A DNA stretch of 64,000 bases. Source: Macrostomum lignano. Its lineage: Eukaryota. Shown here one piece after another: positions 48,660 to 61,285 of this stretch. The notes beneath the pieces were generated by a model that made no database searches, was not told where the DNA came from, and was given only the letters and a program-made list of their open reading frames with translations. Positions within the stretch are counted from its first letter, which is position 1. Every line of letters begins with the position of its first letter. The DNA is taken from the NCBI GenBank assembly GCA_002269645.1, contig NIVC01001052.1:163433-227432 (forward strand). Reading direction: 5' to 3'. The translations under genes were made by a program, and so were the position numbers.

Positions 48660-49985
48660 ATTCCAGGTGGCCTCCCAGTGCCGCAAGCCGGAGATTATGG
48701 CTGACGCTGCCTACCTGGTACTCACTAAAGATTCGCGCACCTTCTCCGGCCAGTTCTGCATCGACGACGACGTGCTGCGCCGCGAAGGTGGCCTTACCGA
48801 CAAGGACCTTGAGCAGTACAGCTGCGTGCCCGGCGGCCAGCTGCTGCCTGATTTTTTCCTTGACGAGCCGGACGCAGCCAAGCGTGAGTGCTGTCATGGA
48901 CTTTTGTTTGCTGCGGCTTCTGGATTGGAAACTAGGCTTAATGGTCGATAGGAGGCTATGCTCAATAGCCATGGAACCCATGAGGCTCGATGACCATGGA
49001 ATCCATAAGGCTGAATGACCATGGAATCCATAAGGCTGAATGACCATGGAACCCATGAGGCTCAGTGAGCGGTAGGGAAGCCAGGAAGCTGAATGACCGG
49101 TAGGGAAGCCGGGAGGCGCAATGACCGGTAGGGAAGCCGGGAGGCGCAATGACCGGTAGGGAAGCCAGGAGGCTCAATGGCCGGTAGGGAAGCCAGGAAG
49201 CTGAATGACCGGTAGGGAAGCCGGGAGACGCAATGACCGGTAGGGAAGCCGGGAGGCGCAATGACCGGTAGGGAAGCCAGGAGGCGCAATGACCGGTAGG
49301 GAAGCCAGGAAGCTGAATGACCGGTAGGGAAGCCGGGAGGCGCAATGACCGGTAGGGAAGCCAGGAAGCTGAATGACCGGTAGGGAAGCCGGGAGGCGCA
49401 ATGACCGATAGGGAAGCCAGGAGGCACAATGACCGGTAGGGAAGCCAGGAAGCTGAATGACCGGTAGGGAATCCAGGAGGCGCAATGACCGGTAGGGAAG
49501 CCGGGAGGCGCAATGACCGGTAGGGAAGCCAGGAGGTGCAATAAACGGCAAACGCTGTATCCGTAATTGCAGCAGCCCCAACCAGCGCCAGTTCGGGAGC
49601 CCAGAGCGGCCAGCAGCAGCCTGGCGCAGACGTTGAAGCCTCCATGAAGCACCTGGCCACAGCCATAGACGTGGAGGCGGTGGGTCTGGTCAAAGGCCTG
49701 GTTGAGCTTCAGCTCACGGACCTGAACCGCAGTTGGCTGCTGAATCTGAAATCCATGCCTGGCGGTCTGTCCGAAATTCGTCCGGGCGACAGCGGCTCGA
49801 CAGAGAAGCCGGACACTTGCATGACAATGAAATCGGCAGACTTGCAGCAGCTGGTGTCCGGCAAGCTGTCCGCCACTGGCGCCTTCATGGCTGGCAAGCT
49901 GCGCATCACAGGCAACATGGGCGTAGCTATGAAGCTGGAGAAGGTCTTTCGCAAAGCTGTGGCTGCCTCATCTGCCAAGCTCTGA
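44442..49985 (+). CDS. HSDL2: Hydroxysteroid dehydrogenase-like 2 (SDR + SCP2). Exons 44442-44458, 47016-47225, 47988-48405, 48667-48883, 49573-49985; 424 aa
   Basis: FITGASRGIG, AAKTATAHPKLPGTIYTAAEEIE, GGIDILVNNASAI, YTMAKYGMS (YxxxK), NALWPRTAI, PDFFLDE, and a C-terminal SCP2 domain (AFMAGKLRITGNMGVAMKL). Phases are consistent (1275 nt). The 17-nt exon 1 is inferred from ATG + GTAAGT and is the least certain part. Confidence 0.95.
47340..47945. repeat. 30-bp minisatellite (CCCCAGATCCCCAAGTGTTTCTGATCTTCT)n followed by degenerate AGTCCCTAATCCC repeats, HSDL2 intron 2
   Basis: Direct tandem units. Confidence 0.93.
48421..48660. repeat. (ACT)n microsatellite making up most of HSDL2 intron 3
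   Basis: Direct. Confidence 0.97.
48960..49540. repeat. 25-bp then 28-bp minisatellite (ATGACCGGTAGGGAAGCCGGGAGGCGCA)n, HSDL2 intron 4
   Basis: Direct tandem units. Confidence 0.94.
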
Positions 49986-50171
49986 GCAGTGCGAACCTGG
50001 CGGGGAAGCTGGGACTGGCGTGTTGACTTCTTGATTTGCATTAGATCTACGCTCGTACATATGCATAGTGTCCATTCGATTTTTGAAATAATTGACAGTT
50101 GACAGTATCTGCGTTTGCTTTCGCAGAATCATACATGAACTGCCAGTTGACTGCTCTAACCTGCCTTCATT

Positions 50172-51760
50172 AATAACCCTAACCTAAACCCCATAAACCT
50201 CACCTTAACCCTAACCTAAACCCCATAAACCTCACCTTAACCCTAACCTAAACCCCATAAACCTCACCTTAACCCTACCCTTAAACCCCATAAACCTCAC
50301 CTTAACCCTACCCTTAAACCCCATAAACCTCACCTTAACCCTACCCTTAAACCCCATAAACTTCACCTTAACCCTACCCTTAAACCCCATAAACCTCACC
50401 TTAATCCTACCCTTAAACCCCATAAAACCTCACCTTAACACTACCCTAAACCTCACATTACCCCTAACCTAAATTTCACCTAAACCCTAATTTAAACCTC
50501 ACGTTAACCCTAACCTAAACCTCACCTTAACCCTACCCTTAAACCCCATAAACTTCACCTTAACCCTACCCTTAAACCCCATAAACCTCACCTTAATCCT
50601 ACCCTTAAACCCCATAAAACCTCACCTTAACACTACCCTAAACCTCACATTACCCCTAACCTAAATTTCACCTAAACCCTAATTTAAACCTCACGTTAAC
50701 CCTAACCTAAACCTCACCTTAACCCTACCCTTAAACCCCATAAACCTCACCTTAACCCTACCCTTAAACCCCATAAACCTCACCTTAATCCTACCCTTAA
50801 ACCCCATAAAACCTCACCTTAACACTACCCTAAACCTCACCTTACCCCTAACCTAAATTTCACCTAAACCCTAATTTAAACCTCACGTTAACCCTAACCT
50901 AAACCTCACCTTAACCCTACCCTTAAACCCCATAAACCTCACCTTAACCCTACCCTTAAACCCCATAAACCTCACCTTAATCCTACCCTTAAACCCCATA
51001 AAACCTCACCTTAACACTACCCTAAACCTCACCTTACCCCTAACCTAAATTTCACCTAAACCCTAATCTAAACCTCACCTTAACCCTACCCTTAAACCCC
51101 ATAAACCTCACCTTAACCCTACCCTTAAACCCCATAAACCTCACCTTAACCCTACCCTTAAACCCCATAAACTTCACCTTAACCCTACCCTTAAACCCCA
51201 TAAACCTCACCTTAATCCTACCCTTAAACCCCATAAAACCTCACCTTAACACTACCCTAAACCTCACCTTACCCCTAACCTAAATTTCACCTAAACCCTA
51301 ATCTAAACCTCACCTTAACCCTACCCTTAAACCCCATAAACCTCACCTTAACCCTACCCTTAAACCCCATAAACCTCACCTTAACCCTACCCTTAAACCC
51401 CATAAACCTCACCTTAACCCTACCCTTAAACCCCATAAACCTCACCTTAACCCTACCCTTAAACCCCATAAACCTCACCTTAATCCTACCCTTAAACCCC
51501 ATAAAACCTCACCTTAACACTACCCTAAACCTCACATTACCCCTAACCTAAATTTCACCTAAACCCTAATTTAAACCTCACGTTAACCCTAACCTAAACC
51601 TCACCTTAACCCTAACCTAAACCCGTTTAAACCTCATGTTAGCCCGAACCTGAACCTGTTTAAACCTCTTCTTTACCCCACGCTAAACCCCATAAATCTC
51701 ACCTAAATCCCATAAAGCTCACCTAAACCCCTTTAGCCCTAAGCTGGACCCTAGACCTAT
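50172..51760. repeat. Telomere-like 33-bp satellite (AACCCTACCCTTAAACCCCATAAACCTCACCTT)n with higher-order blocks
   Basis: Nearly G-free + strand with CCCTAA variants. A marker variant recurs at 50421, 50613, 50805, 50997, 51232 and 51500. Confidence 0.93.
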
Positions 51761-52338
51761 CAAGCTATCAATGTTTTTCAAGTGTCTAAAGTGGCTTTAA
51801 TTGACTTTAGTTAAAATTGAATACCATTGCGCGTTTTAGAACGGTCCCTTACATATTGGTATACCATTGATAGATCTGCAGTCATCCACAGGGCGACCAT
51901 ATACAGTAGGCTCTGTTAATTAATTAGGCTACTATTGGTTAATTTAGCAAATAATTTTAATACTCTACAGTTTCCTAATTTGCTTTTTATGATTCTTTGG
52001 AGATAGCGAATAATAAGTTAGTTGTTTACAGCGACTGTCCATTTCTTTATTAATTTTTGGCTAATGTTTGAATTATATTACTGAATAAAAGTAGCACCGT
52101 TTGCCTTGTTATTGTTTCTTTGATTTTTCTGTGGCAACCGATTGTAGATTTGAAAATTTTCGACGGTGCTTTTGTTTATTTGTGATATGTAATTTTTAAG
52201 GTCATTTATGTGTGTACATACAAATTATTGCCACTAGAATATTTTGGTTGACTTTTAAGTATTGAAAAGTGGGGGCATGTTGGGATTTAATTACTAAAGT
52301 ACATTGATATCTTACTAAGATTAATTTAGGGCCGAAGT

Positions 52339-52858
52339 GTCACTACTGTGGGTTTATGGTAGTGCCGACTGGGGCTGAGTTGTCACTACTGTGGGTTTAT
52401 GGTAGTGCCGACTGGGGCTGAGTTGTCACTACTGTGGGTTTATGGTAGTGCCGACTGGGGCTGAGTTGTCACTACTGTGGGTTTATGGTAGTGCCGACTG
52501 GGGCTGAGTTGTCACTACTGTGGGTTTATGGTAGTGCCGACTGGGGCTGAGTTGTCACTACTGTGGGTTTATGGTAGTGCCGACTGGAGCTGAGTTGTCA
52601 CTACTGTGGGTTTATGGTAGTGCCGACTGGGGCTGAGTTGTCACTACTGTGGGTTTATGGTAGTGCCGACTGGGGCTGAGTTGTCACTACTGTGGGTTTA
52701 TGGTAGTGCCGACTGGGGCTGAGTTGTCACTACTGTGGGTTTATGGTAGTGCCGACTGGGGCTGAGGTGTCACTGCTGTGGGTTTATGGTAGTGCCGACT
52801 GGGGCTGAGGTGTCACTGCTGTGGGTTTATGGTAGTGCCGACTGGGGCTGAGGTGTCA
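52339..52858. repeat. 43-bp minisatellite, about 12 near-identical units
   Basis: GTCACTACTGTGGGTTTATGGTAGTGCCGACTGGGGCTGAGTT repeated with no spacers. Confidence 0.96.
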
Positions 52859-52991
52859 GGGGAGATAGCTAGCCTACTATAAAAGCTAGTCTGTCTGCCT
52901 AGTCAAATAAAATAAGCACATGTAAATTTCGAATCTTCGAATCTTTTGTAACTACAATCCATCTGCCTGTGCAGTAGAATGAATGATTTGC

Positions 52992-53332
52992 TCAAAACTC
53001 CGGGGCCCCATCCGGTTCGATCTGTGCGTTGAGCTTGCTAGCTGCCTCATCTGCTGTACTCGCAGCCGACTGCAGTACTTTGATAGGCGAAGTCGACTCG
53101 CTTGCCTGCCAGCTGTGGCTGGCGAAGGCCGCTTCAAAGTCGTTGTCAACCAAATCGGTCAGTTCCAGGTTGTTGGCTTGCGTCGAGTTTTGGCTGGCAG
53201 AGAAGCGCGAGAACTCCAGCTCCACGCTGAACAGCTGCTGCAGGGAAGCCACCCCGCCCTGTCGACCGGCTGCGGAGGCATCGCAGGCGGTCATGCGCAT
53301 CGACTGGGCGCTGCGGGGGCTCTGCCTCTTGA
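52992..53332 (-). CDS. Candidate terminal exon of an unknown gene (possibly the 2-TM gene upstream)
   Basis: Acceptor ACCCACAG at 53333, then a GC-rich Ser/Ala-rich open frame to TGA. Phase-compatible with a GTGAGC donor at 55163. Confidence 0.45.
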
Positions 53333-53389
53333 CTGTGGGTAATATAGAGATAAAAATTGCTCCGAGTTTAGGCTCATTCACACTGTAGT

Positions 53390-53650
53390 GGGGTTGTAGT
53401 GTATTGGTTAGTGCAGTGCGTTGAATTCAAGGTCGGGGGTTCGATTCTCGACCCATGTGTCCTTGAGCAAGACATTTAAGGCATGGGGTACCAGCATTAG
53501 CTGGGGTAATTGAGGGTGTGTGGCGAGCCCCCAGTCCTTGGAATGAACAGCCGTACGCAGCCTTCAGATGCACCGCGCAACAGCTGCGGCTGAGCTGTCG
53601 GTTGCACATCTGCCCGTTAGGACAGTTGTAATCAGTTATTTTATATTGTT
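53390..53650 (+). mobile_element. tRNA-derived CORE-like SINE copy 2 (internal deletion)
   Basis: GGGGTTGTAG head, GGTTCGATTC B box, GTGTCCTTGAGCAAGACA, and the shared tail GCAGCCTTCAGATG..GGTTGCACATCTGCCC. Confidence 0.88.
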
Positions 53651-55056
53651 ATTACATTACAGAGAATGCGCCTCTATAGAGAAGTCCCAATTGTGTCGGC
53701 GCGAGAGTTTGGTGTTGCACCCACCCTCCTCCCCCAAGTCAGTCTATAGACCTGCTGGCTTAGCCAATCGCGTCTAACCCTTTTTGATGCCTCAGCTTGA
53801 GCCGCGGTCGCTATGATTGGCCAGTCGCCGGTCAAGGGTCAGTAGACGAGCCCGAGGACCCTCTAATTCACGGGCCCGCGGTGTTAGGCTTTGCAATCTC
53901 CGTGCGCTTGCAGTCTCCGGCCGGAGATCGCAAGACAAATATGACTGCTTTGCTATCTCCAGTCCCTGACAACGCAAGGCATAACATAAAGTGTGTTTTG
54001 AGTTTTCTTTGATTTGAGATCTATAACGGGGGTAAAAATGTACATGAGCGCGGTGTACAGCCATGGGGCTAAACCTCTGCCAAATAATTATTGGTTGCAT
54101 GTGCAGGAACTCACATGGCCTTTATATGCAACCAGCTAATATATCTGTACCTAGCAGGGGTGAGCTCTAGATGAATTGTCAGTGTAATTGCGCAATGTAT
54201 ACTTAAGTCTCACTGATGCTCAGTGTATTTTAAAACCTATTTAATTAAGAATTGGAGACAGACATGGCAAAGGCGAGTCCAAACAAGCGTTCTTTTACGA
54301 GCTCGTATTGGACGAGGACGTCGAAATTCCCGGAGACTTTCTGGCCATGAGTGCAAGGGACAATTTGAAGCGCAAAATTCGAGAGAAAAGTAAAGCCTTT
54401 TCTTTCAAGACGGTCAATTGTTGTAAAAAGTGAGAAACCGGAACTGCGGCAAGAAAAGGCGCCCAGAACAGCAGCGGCATGTGCTCCTTACGGAGGATGG
54501 AGTAGGAAAAAGAGCAAAACACTGCACGTCGAGACATTTTAAATGAAGAGCATCATTGGCCCCAGGCCTCTCATTGGCATGGGGGTCTATTAAAGATTAG
54601 GTATATAAAATTTTTGTGAATCGAAGGGGGTGACAAACTAAAGGACAATTGACCAAAAACCAGGGCATTTCATTCACGAAATTAAATATAGTATTTAAAA
54701 ACATTTAAAAGTTTTCCTAACTCAGTAATTTTACATCCTTGAAACACTTTCACTTCGTCTTTTTGTTTTAAAAAGCATTTTTAATACATTATCGTTCTTT
54801 GACCCGGACATCACCAATCCGGATATCTCAAACCCTCCCGTTCCTTTGGAATTTCACAATAGCAATCCGGCCCGCTACAATGCACGAAGTACGCATGGAG
54901 CTAAGATAGCGTCTCACTAACTTTGGCTACATTTGATGGCGACCGTACCTCGATGTACAATATTTCACCAAGTCGGGACTTGTCAAACAAGCGAACATCC
55001 TTTCCTTTTTTAAAGTAAAGTCTTTCGCGTTTTTTGAACTTTTTACTTTCTAAGGT

Positions 55057-56378
55057 TTACGATACTTTAAGGTTCTTTAGTGGGATTTGATGCACTGGTC
55101 CCCCCAGGCCCAATGTAAATTCCTGAGCACGGCCCGCTGCACCAATCTCTGCCGGGAGCTCACATGCTGCAGTCTCGTCCGAAGCATCGAAAGCCTCGTT
55201 GGCTCGCCAGGTGGGTCTCAGTAGTCCAGACCCCTGCTGCTCCTGTTGCTTAGGAGCCTTGGAATCTTCGCCCTCCCTCTTTGGCGACTCAGCTGTTTGA
55301 AGCATCGAGTTGGCTCTCGAACGGTGCTGCTGCTGCAGCTGGATGCTGCTGGCCCCAGCAACGGCATCATCAACTGCTGCAACTGGCAACCGTCTTGAGC
55401 ATGAGCTGCCCCGTCTCGATCTAGAGTAGCCGCTCCTGCTACTGCCATTGTCGTGATTCTCCTCCACGTCTTCGCTGTCATGCCACAGGAACCGCAGGCC
55501 GCGAAGAATGTCAGCGTACAGCCGTCGGCGCCCGATCGTCCGGGCGTCCTCGCTTGGACGCCGCTGCCGGCGCAGGTGCTGGCGATACTCGGTGCCCAGC
55601 ACAGCCAGCACAATCAGCAGGAACAGGCCAACGCCCAGCAGTAGGCCGCCCAGCCTGCCGTACAGCATGAGGCTCACCTGAGCTCGAATTGATTGATTTG
55701 GTGGAATTGAGTTGCTCAGCTACAGTGTTACACACGGAGTTATTGAACTCTATTTTTCCATTTGTACTGTAGGATTTGACTGTAGGATTGGGTGCTGTCG
55801 GCTGTGCGATGTACATGTAACAGTGTGTATATACTGCCTGACCACGAGAAAGTCAGTGCCGATGTAAACCCTGTGTGAGATTGTGACTGAGTATGCTTCC
55901 GTGTGTGCATTTGACTGCTTGCCTCCTTGCTGGCTACGGGTTGACAATACGGATAAGCCCATTAGTTAGCGAGCTTTCTAACGAAGAAAGAAGGCTGTCA
56001 TCGTCAAGGATCGGGTGCTGTCCATACATGTAGGGTCGTCTATACCACATTGTGGAAGGGTTTCACCCATGAAAACAATAGAGATATGATTTGATGACCA
56101 ACCTTCGCAGCCACCGCCTCCTCTTTTGTGAGGCTGATCATCTCCCTCTGCAGTCGGTCGGCAGTGGGCAAGCCATAGACTATTAGTCCAGCTCCGATGC
56201 AGCTCACAGCGGCTCCAATCGCTCCCAGAATCACGGCCGCAACGAATTGGCACCTATAGTCCCTGTCCCAGTCTCTGCGCGGTTGCTGCTGCTTCCGCAG
56301 TTTCCGCTCCTTGCGCTGTTGCTTCTTTTGCCAGGATTGCAGCGAGGACGCTGTCTGGACTGACTCTCGGCACGACAT
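55057..56378 (-). CDS. Putative two-transmembrane protein (TMEM200/PIRT-like topology); candidate exons 56378-56103 and 55677-55164 (or open to 55057)
   Basis: TM1 FVAAVILGAIGAAVSCIGAGLIVYGL and TM2 LGGLLLGVGLFLLIVLAVLG followed by a basic stretch. A phase-0 junction joins them, though the donor GTTGGT is weak. The family label is inference only. Confidence 0.55.
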
Positions 56379-56887
56379 GGCACTGCAGACTGCCTCCCGC
56401 CTTCAACTGCTAACATCGATGATGCGGCCGCATGAAGTCCAAGTCCTGGGGCCTGAGTCGACTCTTAAATAATTTATTCTTGGCAGGCAGTTGTGTGCGC
56501 GGAATGCGCCTCAATGTTTGCGCAGGGGAGCAGCGAGCGCTCCAGTGCTGCGCTTCTGCCAAGTTATTGACCTGATCGCCTCCCCTCTAGCCAGCGGAGA
56601 TTGGGTATGGCGACAGGTTTTCCCTTAGTAGAGGCGATTTGCCCGCCAACCACTTTTGCTTTCTTTGCTCCCGCACTCTTCTTTTGTGAACTACGGCCTA
56701 TTGGATTTCTCGCTGCCCTATGCCTCAGCCAATGGCTGGTGACATTCTGTATTCCTGTATTGAGCAGTGCTCACCCGGCACCCTTCATCATCGATTGATT
56801 CGTCGCAAAAGACACCAAAGAAAAATTCTTAATTTAATTTTCAACTCTTGTCATGCATTGATTTCATCGTTTTGCTCTTGTAGCTTT

Positions 56888-57172
56888 TTACAGATTTGGG
56901 TCCAGATGTAGCGTCTGATCAGGCAATCCAATTGTCGGCGAGGTCACGTGATTCAAGCTCCCGACGGTGTGTACATTCCTGACAATGGGAAAGTCAGGGT
57001 CGCTGTTATACCCGATGTGAGCGTGTGCCTGCTCAGGGTTCATCAGGATGGGGACGACTGCGGGTCGTTCCTTAGTTTCTGACCGATCGATAAACCGGTG
57101 CACACTGCTCGAACCCGATGAGGAACCGCCCTTTCTTCCCGTTGGTGCATGAAGCATTGCGCTCGATTTGAC
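56888..57172 (-). CDS. Candidate terminal exon of an unidentified gene
   Basis: TTTTATGCAG acceptor then a 94-codon open frame. No recognisable domain, and upstream exons are unresolved. Confidence 0.3.
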   Translation of the reverse strand, partial: VKSSAMLHAPTGRKGGSSSGSSSVHRFIDRSETKERPAVVPILMNPEQAHAHIGYNSDPDFPIVRNVHTVGSLNHVTSPTIGLPDQTLHLDPNL

Positions 57173-57634
57173 CTGCATAAAAGTGGGCGGAGCCTCGTGC
57201 AGCAGCTATTCGCCTTGAGCAGCGTCTTCTTGACAATAGTGAAAATTGTATAGCTCCTAATGCCTCTACGTATGAGGCATACAATTTTATTATGCACTTC
57301 TCAGAGTTCCAGTCAACAAAAGACAGTCGCGGCTCTTTAGCTCGTCTTCTTCTTCAATCTCCGCCCGGACCTAATTTCATTTGGCTTCTGATTTGCAACA
57401 GGTGACCGCACCTGCTTCCGCTGTGTTGCCAGGGCTGTCCGCATAGCTACTGAGTAGAAAGCAGGCAAGAAATCCCTTTGTGTAGAAATATTTCATGCTG
57501 TTTCAATGTGCATAGCGAAAGCAAAAAGTTTCAAAATATATTTTTACTAGTGCTACTTATAGTAGCAATCAGTGCATATTAAATGTTTTTTATAACAAAG
57601 CATAAAATTTCATCATGGATTTTCGACGAAAATT

Positions 57635-58300
57635 AACGGTGCCCGCATTGGGGTGAATGGCACATTCTCCAGGTGCCCGCATTGGGGTTAATGGCACATT
57701 CTCCAGGTGCCCGCATTGGGGTGAATGGCACATTCTCCAGGTGCCCGCATTGGGGTGAATGGCACATTCTCCAGATGCCCGCATTGGGGTGAATGGCACA
57801 TTCTCCAGGTGCCTGTATTGGGGTGAATGGCACATTCTCCAGATGCTCGCATTGGGGTGAATGGCACATTCTCCAGGTGCCTGTATTGGGGTGAATGGCA
57901 CATTCTCCAGGTGCCTGTATTGGGGTGAATGGCACATTCTCCAGATGCCCGCATTGGGGTGAATGGCACATTCTCCAGATGCCCGCATTGGGGTGAATGG
58001 CACGTTCTCCAGGTGCCTGCATTGGGGTGAATGGCACATTCTCCAGATGCCTGTATTGGGGTGAATGGCACATTCTCCAGGTGTCTGCATTGGGGTGAAT
58101 GGCACATTCTCCAGGTGCCTGCATTGGGGTTAATGGCACATTCTCCAGATGCCTGTATTGGGGTGAATGGTACATTCTCCAGATGCCCGCATTGGGGTGA
58201 ATGGCACATTCTCCAGGTGTCTGCATTGGGGTGAATGGCACATTCTCCAGGTGTCTGCATTGGGGTGAATGGCACATTCTCCAGGTGCCTGCATTGGGGT
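57635..58300. repeat. 34-bp minisatellite (GGTGCCCGCATTGGGGTGAATGGCACATTCTCCA)n
   Basis: Direct tandem units. Confidence 0.96.
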
Positions 58301-58385
58301 TTGAATGTTTTGAATACCTTTCATTTTTACAGTACGTGAACATTTTGTGACCATCTTTTATGTTACAAATTTGTTAACTAATTTA

Positions 58386-58686
58386 GGGGTTGTAGCCTAG
58401 TGGTTAGAGCGTCGGACTCACGACTTGAAGGTTGGAGGTTCGATTCCCGATCCCACTGAAACAATTTGTGTCCTTGAGCAAGACACCTAACTCTACATTG
58501 CTTCAGTTAACCCAGCTGTAAAAATGGGTGCCAGCATTAGCTGAGGTAATTGAGGCTGTGTGGCGACCCCAGTCCTTGGACTGAACAGCCGTACGCAGCC
58601 TTCAGATGCGCCGCGCAATAGCTGCGGCTGAGCTGTCGGTTGCACATCTGCCCGTTAGGCAGGTGTAATCAGTCGTTATTATTATT
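58386..58686 (+). mobile_element. tRNA-derived CORE-like SINE copy 3 (full length, (ATT)n-like tail)
   Basis: A and B boxes, CORE-like segment TGTGTCCTTGAGCAAGACACCTAAC..CTGTAAAAATGGGT, and tail. Confidence 0.92.
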
Positions 58687-59098
58687 GGTAGCCAAGGAAA
58701 ACAGGACAAAATAGGAAATTCGATTGTTTCAATTTAACGAAATGTTCAGGTGCCAATTTTAGAAAAACCCTGCTATATCCCCCAAGCTTGTAACCATGAC
58801 GATTTCCCGAACTAGCCAGTACACATGCATACATACAGTACAAGATAAGTAGCGTTGAGCATTGCTAGTCTGCCTAAATGCTTAATGGAATTTATCACCT
58901 ATCCCCCCCTGCGAATGAATGTGAGCAAACAGCAGCTGTCCCAGCTAAAGAGCTCAAAGGTAAGAAAAACTGCATCAGGCATTGCCTGTTCGCCTGGGTG
59001 AGCCTCCATTATCCAGCTATGCACAAATGCTGTAGTGCCGACTGAATTTTATAATCCTCCTATTTTTCAGCGAGCTGCATTTCAATGCTGGTATTGAG

Positions 59099-59102
<4 letters not shown>

Positions 59103-59142
<40 letters not shown>
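59103..59142. repeat. (GA)n microsatellite
   Basis: Direct. Confidence 0.97.
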
Positions 59143-59144
<2 letters not shown>

Positions 59145-60539
59145 ATAGCCAGCGTTCATCATCAAATGCAAACACATCACCAAGCAGTGAATGGCAACTT
59201 TTCATCCGTATAGCCCCCCCCCCTGCTTTCCTGCATGCTTTGCCGTGGCGCGGGCCTCCGCTCCATTTCCTTCAACGCGTTAATCCCTTGTTCAAGACAT
59301 GTGGACAGAAAAGCCCCACTCCTTCCCAGACTTGGCTCGCCTGAGACGCATGATCCATGAGACCGGGGGGGGGGGGCTCGGTCATAGCTTGCGGCCTTTC
59401 AGCTGAATAATTCAGCAGATAATGTAGGAAATTTGTGCCCGAAGAGTTGTGAGCAGCTAACGGCGTATACTGAGTGCTCAACCAGCCACTTTGTACGCCA
59501 TGCATTAAAGATTTGGGAAGGAATATGGGACGCATGCTCAACCTATGCTCTAAACACTTTCTCAGCCTCTTAGCCAGAGAAACCCGAGCAAATGAAGGTC
59601 TCGAAGCATTGCTTGCCTGTTGGGCGCAACTTGCCACCTCTTCACTACTGGCGGAGCATTTCGATGTATGTAGACGTTCGGTTGGGGGCAGTTCTCATTG
59701 CAGATATGAGTTAGTCTGTATATGCTCAGAAGTCAACAAAATGAACAGAATTTCCTACTCTCTCCGGAATCAGCACTGTCCTCCTTATTTGAAAAATCTT
59801 CTAATCATGAGCATGGTAGTAAAGCGTTTGCAATTTAACTCAATTCGGATTGCATCATAGAGTTTCAAACTAGTTAAAGCAGCTGTCTGATTGCACTGTT
59901 AGAAGTGGATACTCGAATAAAAACTGCTGGCCAGACGAGTATAATCAGAATGGGAATCGAAAAATTGCAGACAAGTTTTCAGTCTGAGTATGCACTCCCG
60001 CTGGAATTAATGCGAAATCCTAACGCCTGCATCCCAGCTCTTCCAGTTGCAGTTGCCATTGGCTCAATGAGAGATCCAATAGTAAGAAGGCAACAGTAGA
60101 TGAGGCATAGGATTCCGATATCAGCATCAGCTAGGCAAGATGCTGATGATACTGATAAGGGAAGAGAACTATCGAACTCAAACCCCACCAAATCTGCTCG
60201 AAAACTGATCGGAAAAGTTACAAGTCAATTGAGGTAAGAAGTGATATTCTGTTTTTGTGCCGACAATGCACCAGAGGTAGTTCGCACTTTCTTCCAAATT
60301 TCAGTCTCAAATAAACTGAACGTTTAAATCGTGCTGTCGCAACGTATTATTGAGGCCCAGCCACGAATGCATTGAATGGAAGAGGGTCCTTACTATCGGG
60401 ACATCGACCACCGCACAGCCAGAGGTCCAAGGCGTTCTTTTTCAAGGTACGGTCATTTGAAAATGCTTTGGTTTGTTTTAGCAATGTCTGAACTGAACAC
60501 TTTACAATAGTTTATTTGACGATACGCAGAACACCGGAT

Positions 60540-61020
60540 ATGCACTCAGCAACATTTAAAAGTGCCCACCCTTGCGCCAAGGGTCCATGGGCAGCACGAT
60601 CGATGGTTTCGCCAATTGGTTTTGGGCCATAGAAAAATAGGTAAAAAAGGGCAGGAAAGTAAAGACCGATATCTGGTGTCACAGGGAAAAGCGTTACAGT
60701 AACGAGTGTACAGGAGTTAACTGGAGGCATCTGGACGCGGGTGACAACGATAGTCCGCCAAATGACTGATTGGCGCACTTTGCGTTGGCCGTCCAGATCA
60801 CCGGATATGAACTCGATTGAGCACGTGTGGGATTTCCTGAAGCGCACGATTCGGTGCAACAAACTCTATCCCCCCAGAACATGGTCCAGCTGCGCAATGC
60901 GCTTTCAGTCGCGTGGCAACAGCTTCCACAAGACTTTCTGCGGCGCCTTGCTCGGGAATTACTCGACGAGTGAGCGGTCTGTTTGACGCTCGTGGTTGCT
61001 ATCTATACCTGTTACTGACT
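60540..61020 (+). pseudogene. Tc1-type transposase C-terminal relic
   Basis: WPSRSPDMNSIEHVWDFLKRTI is the Tc1 WPxxSPDLNPIE motif. It is followed by a frameshifted DARG-like end. Confidence 0.8.
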
Positions 61021-61285
61021 GTGTTTTAGACATGTACACAGCGTGGAAATGGGTATGGACTTGTTTCGTTGATCCTTCTTTGCTGCCTTATTTTGATTGT
61101 CTATGGCCTAAACATAGTTGAAAAACTTTTCAATCCCTAATCGGACAAGAACGGAAAGATTCTACACGGACAAACCATAGAAAGCCATAGACAGCAGAAA
61201 CCTATTTGGGCCACACAGCTGGAAGGCATGGGTAAGAGTAAAGAATGGCGCAGAGTGGACCATTTCCGTGTGTACAAGTTTAGTA

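Noticed and set aside
54260-54540. GC-balanced short ORFs on both strands
   Set aside because: No recognisable motif or splice structure; possibly a transposon remnant.
28565-58300. CRISPR-like appearance of the 28-, 29-, 34- and 43-bp arrays
   Set aside because: No unique spacers, no cas genes, and a eukaryotic intron context.
59270-60440. Coding-like decayed sequence on the - strand
   Set aside because: Multiple stops and no motif I can assign.
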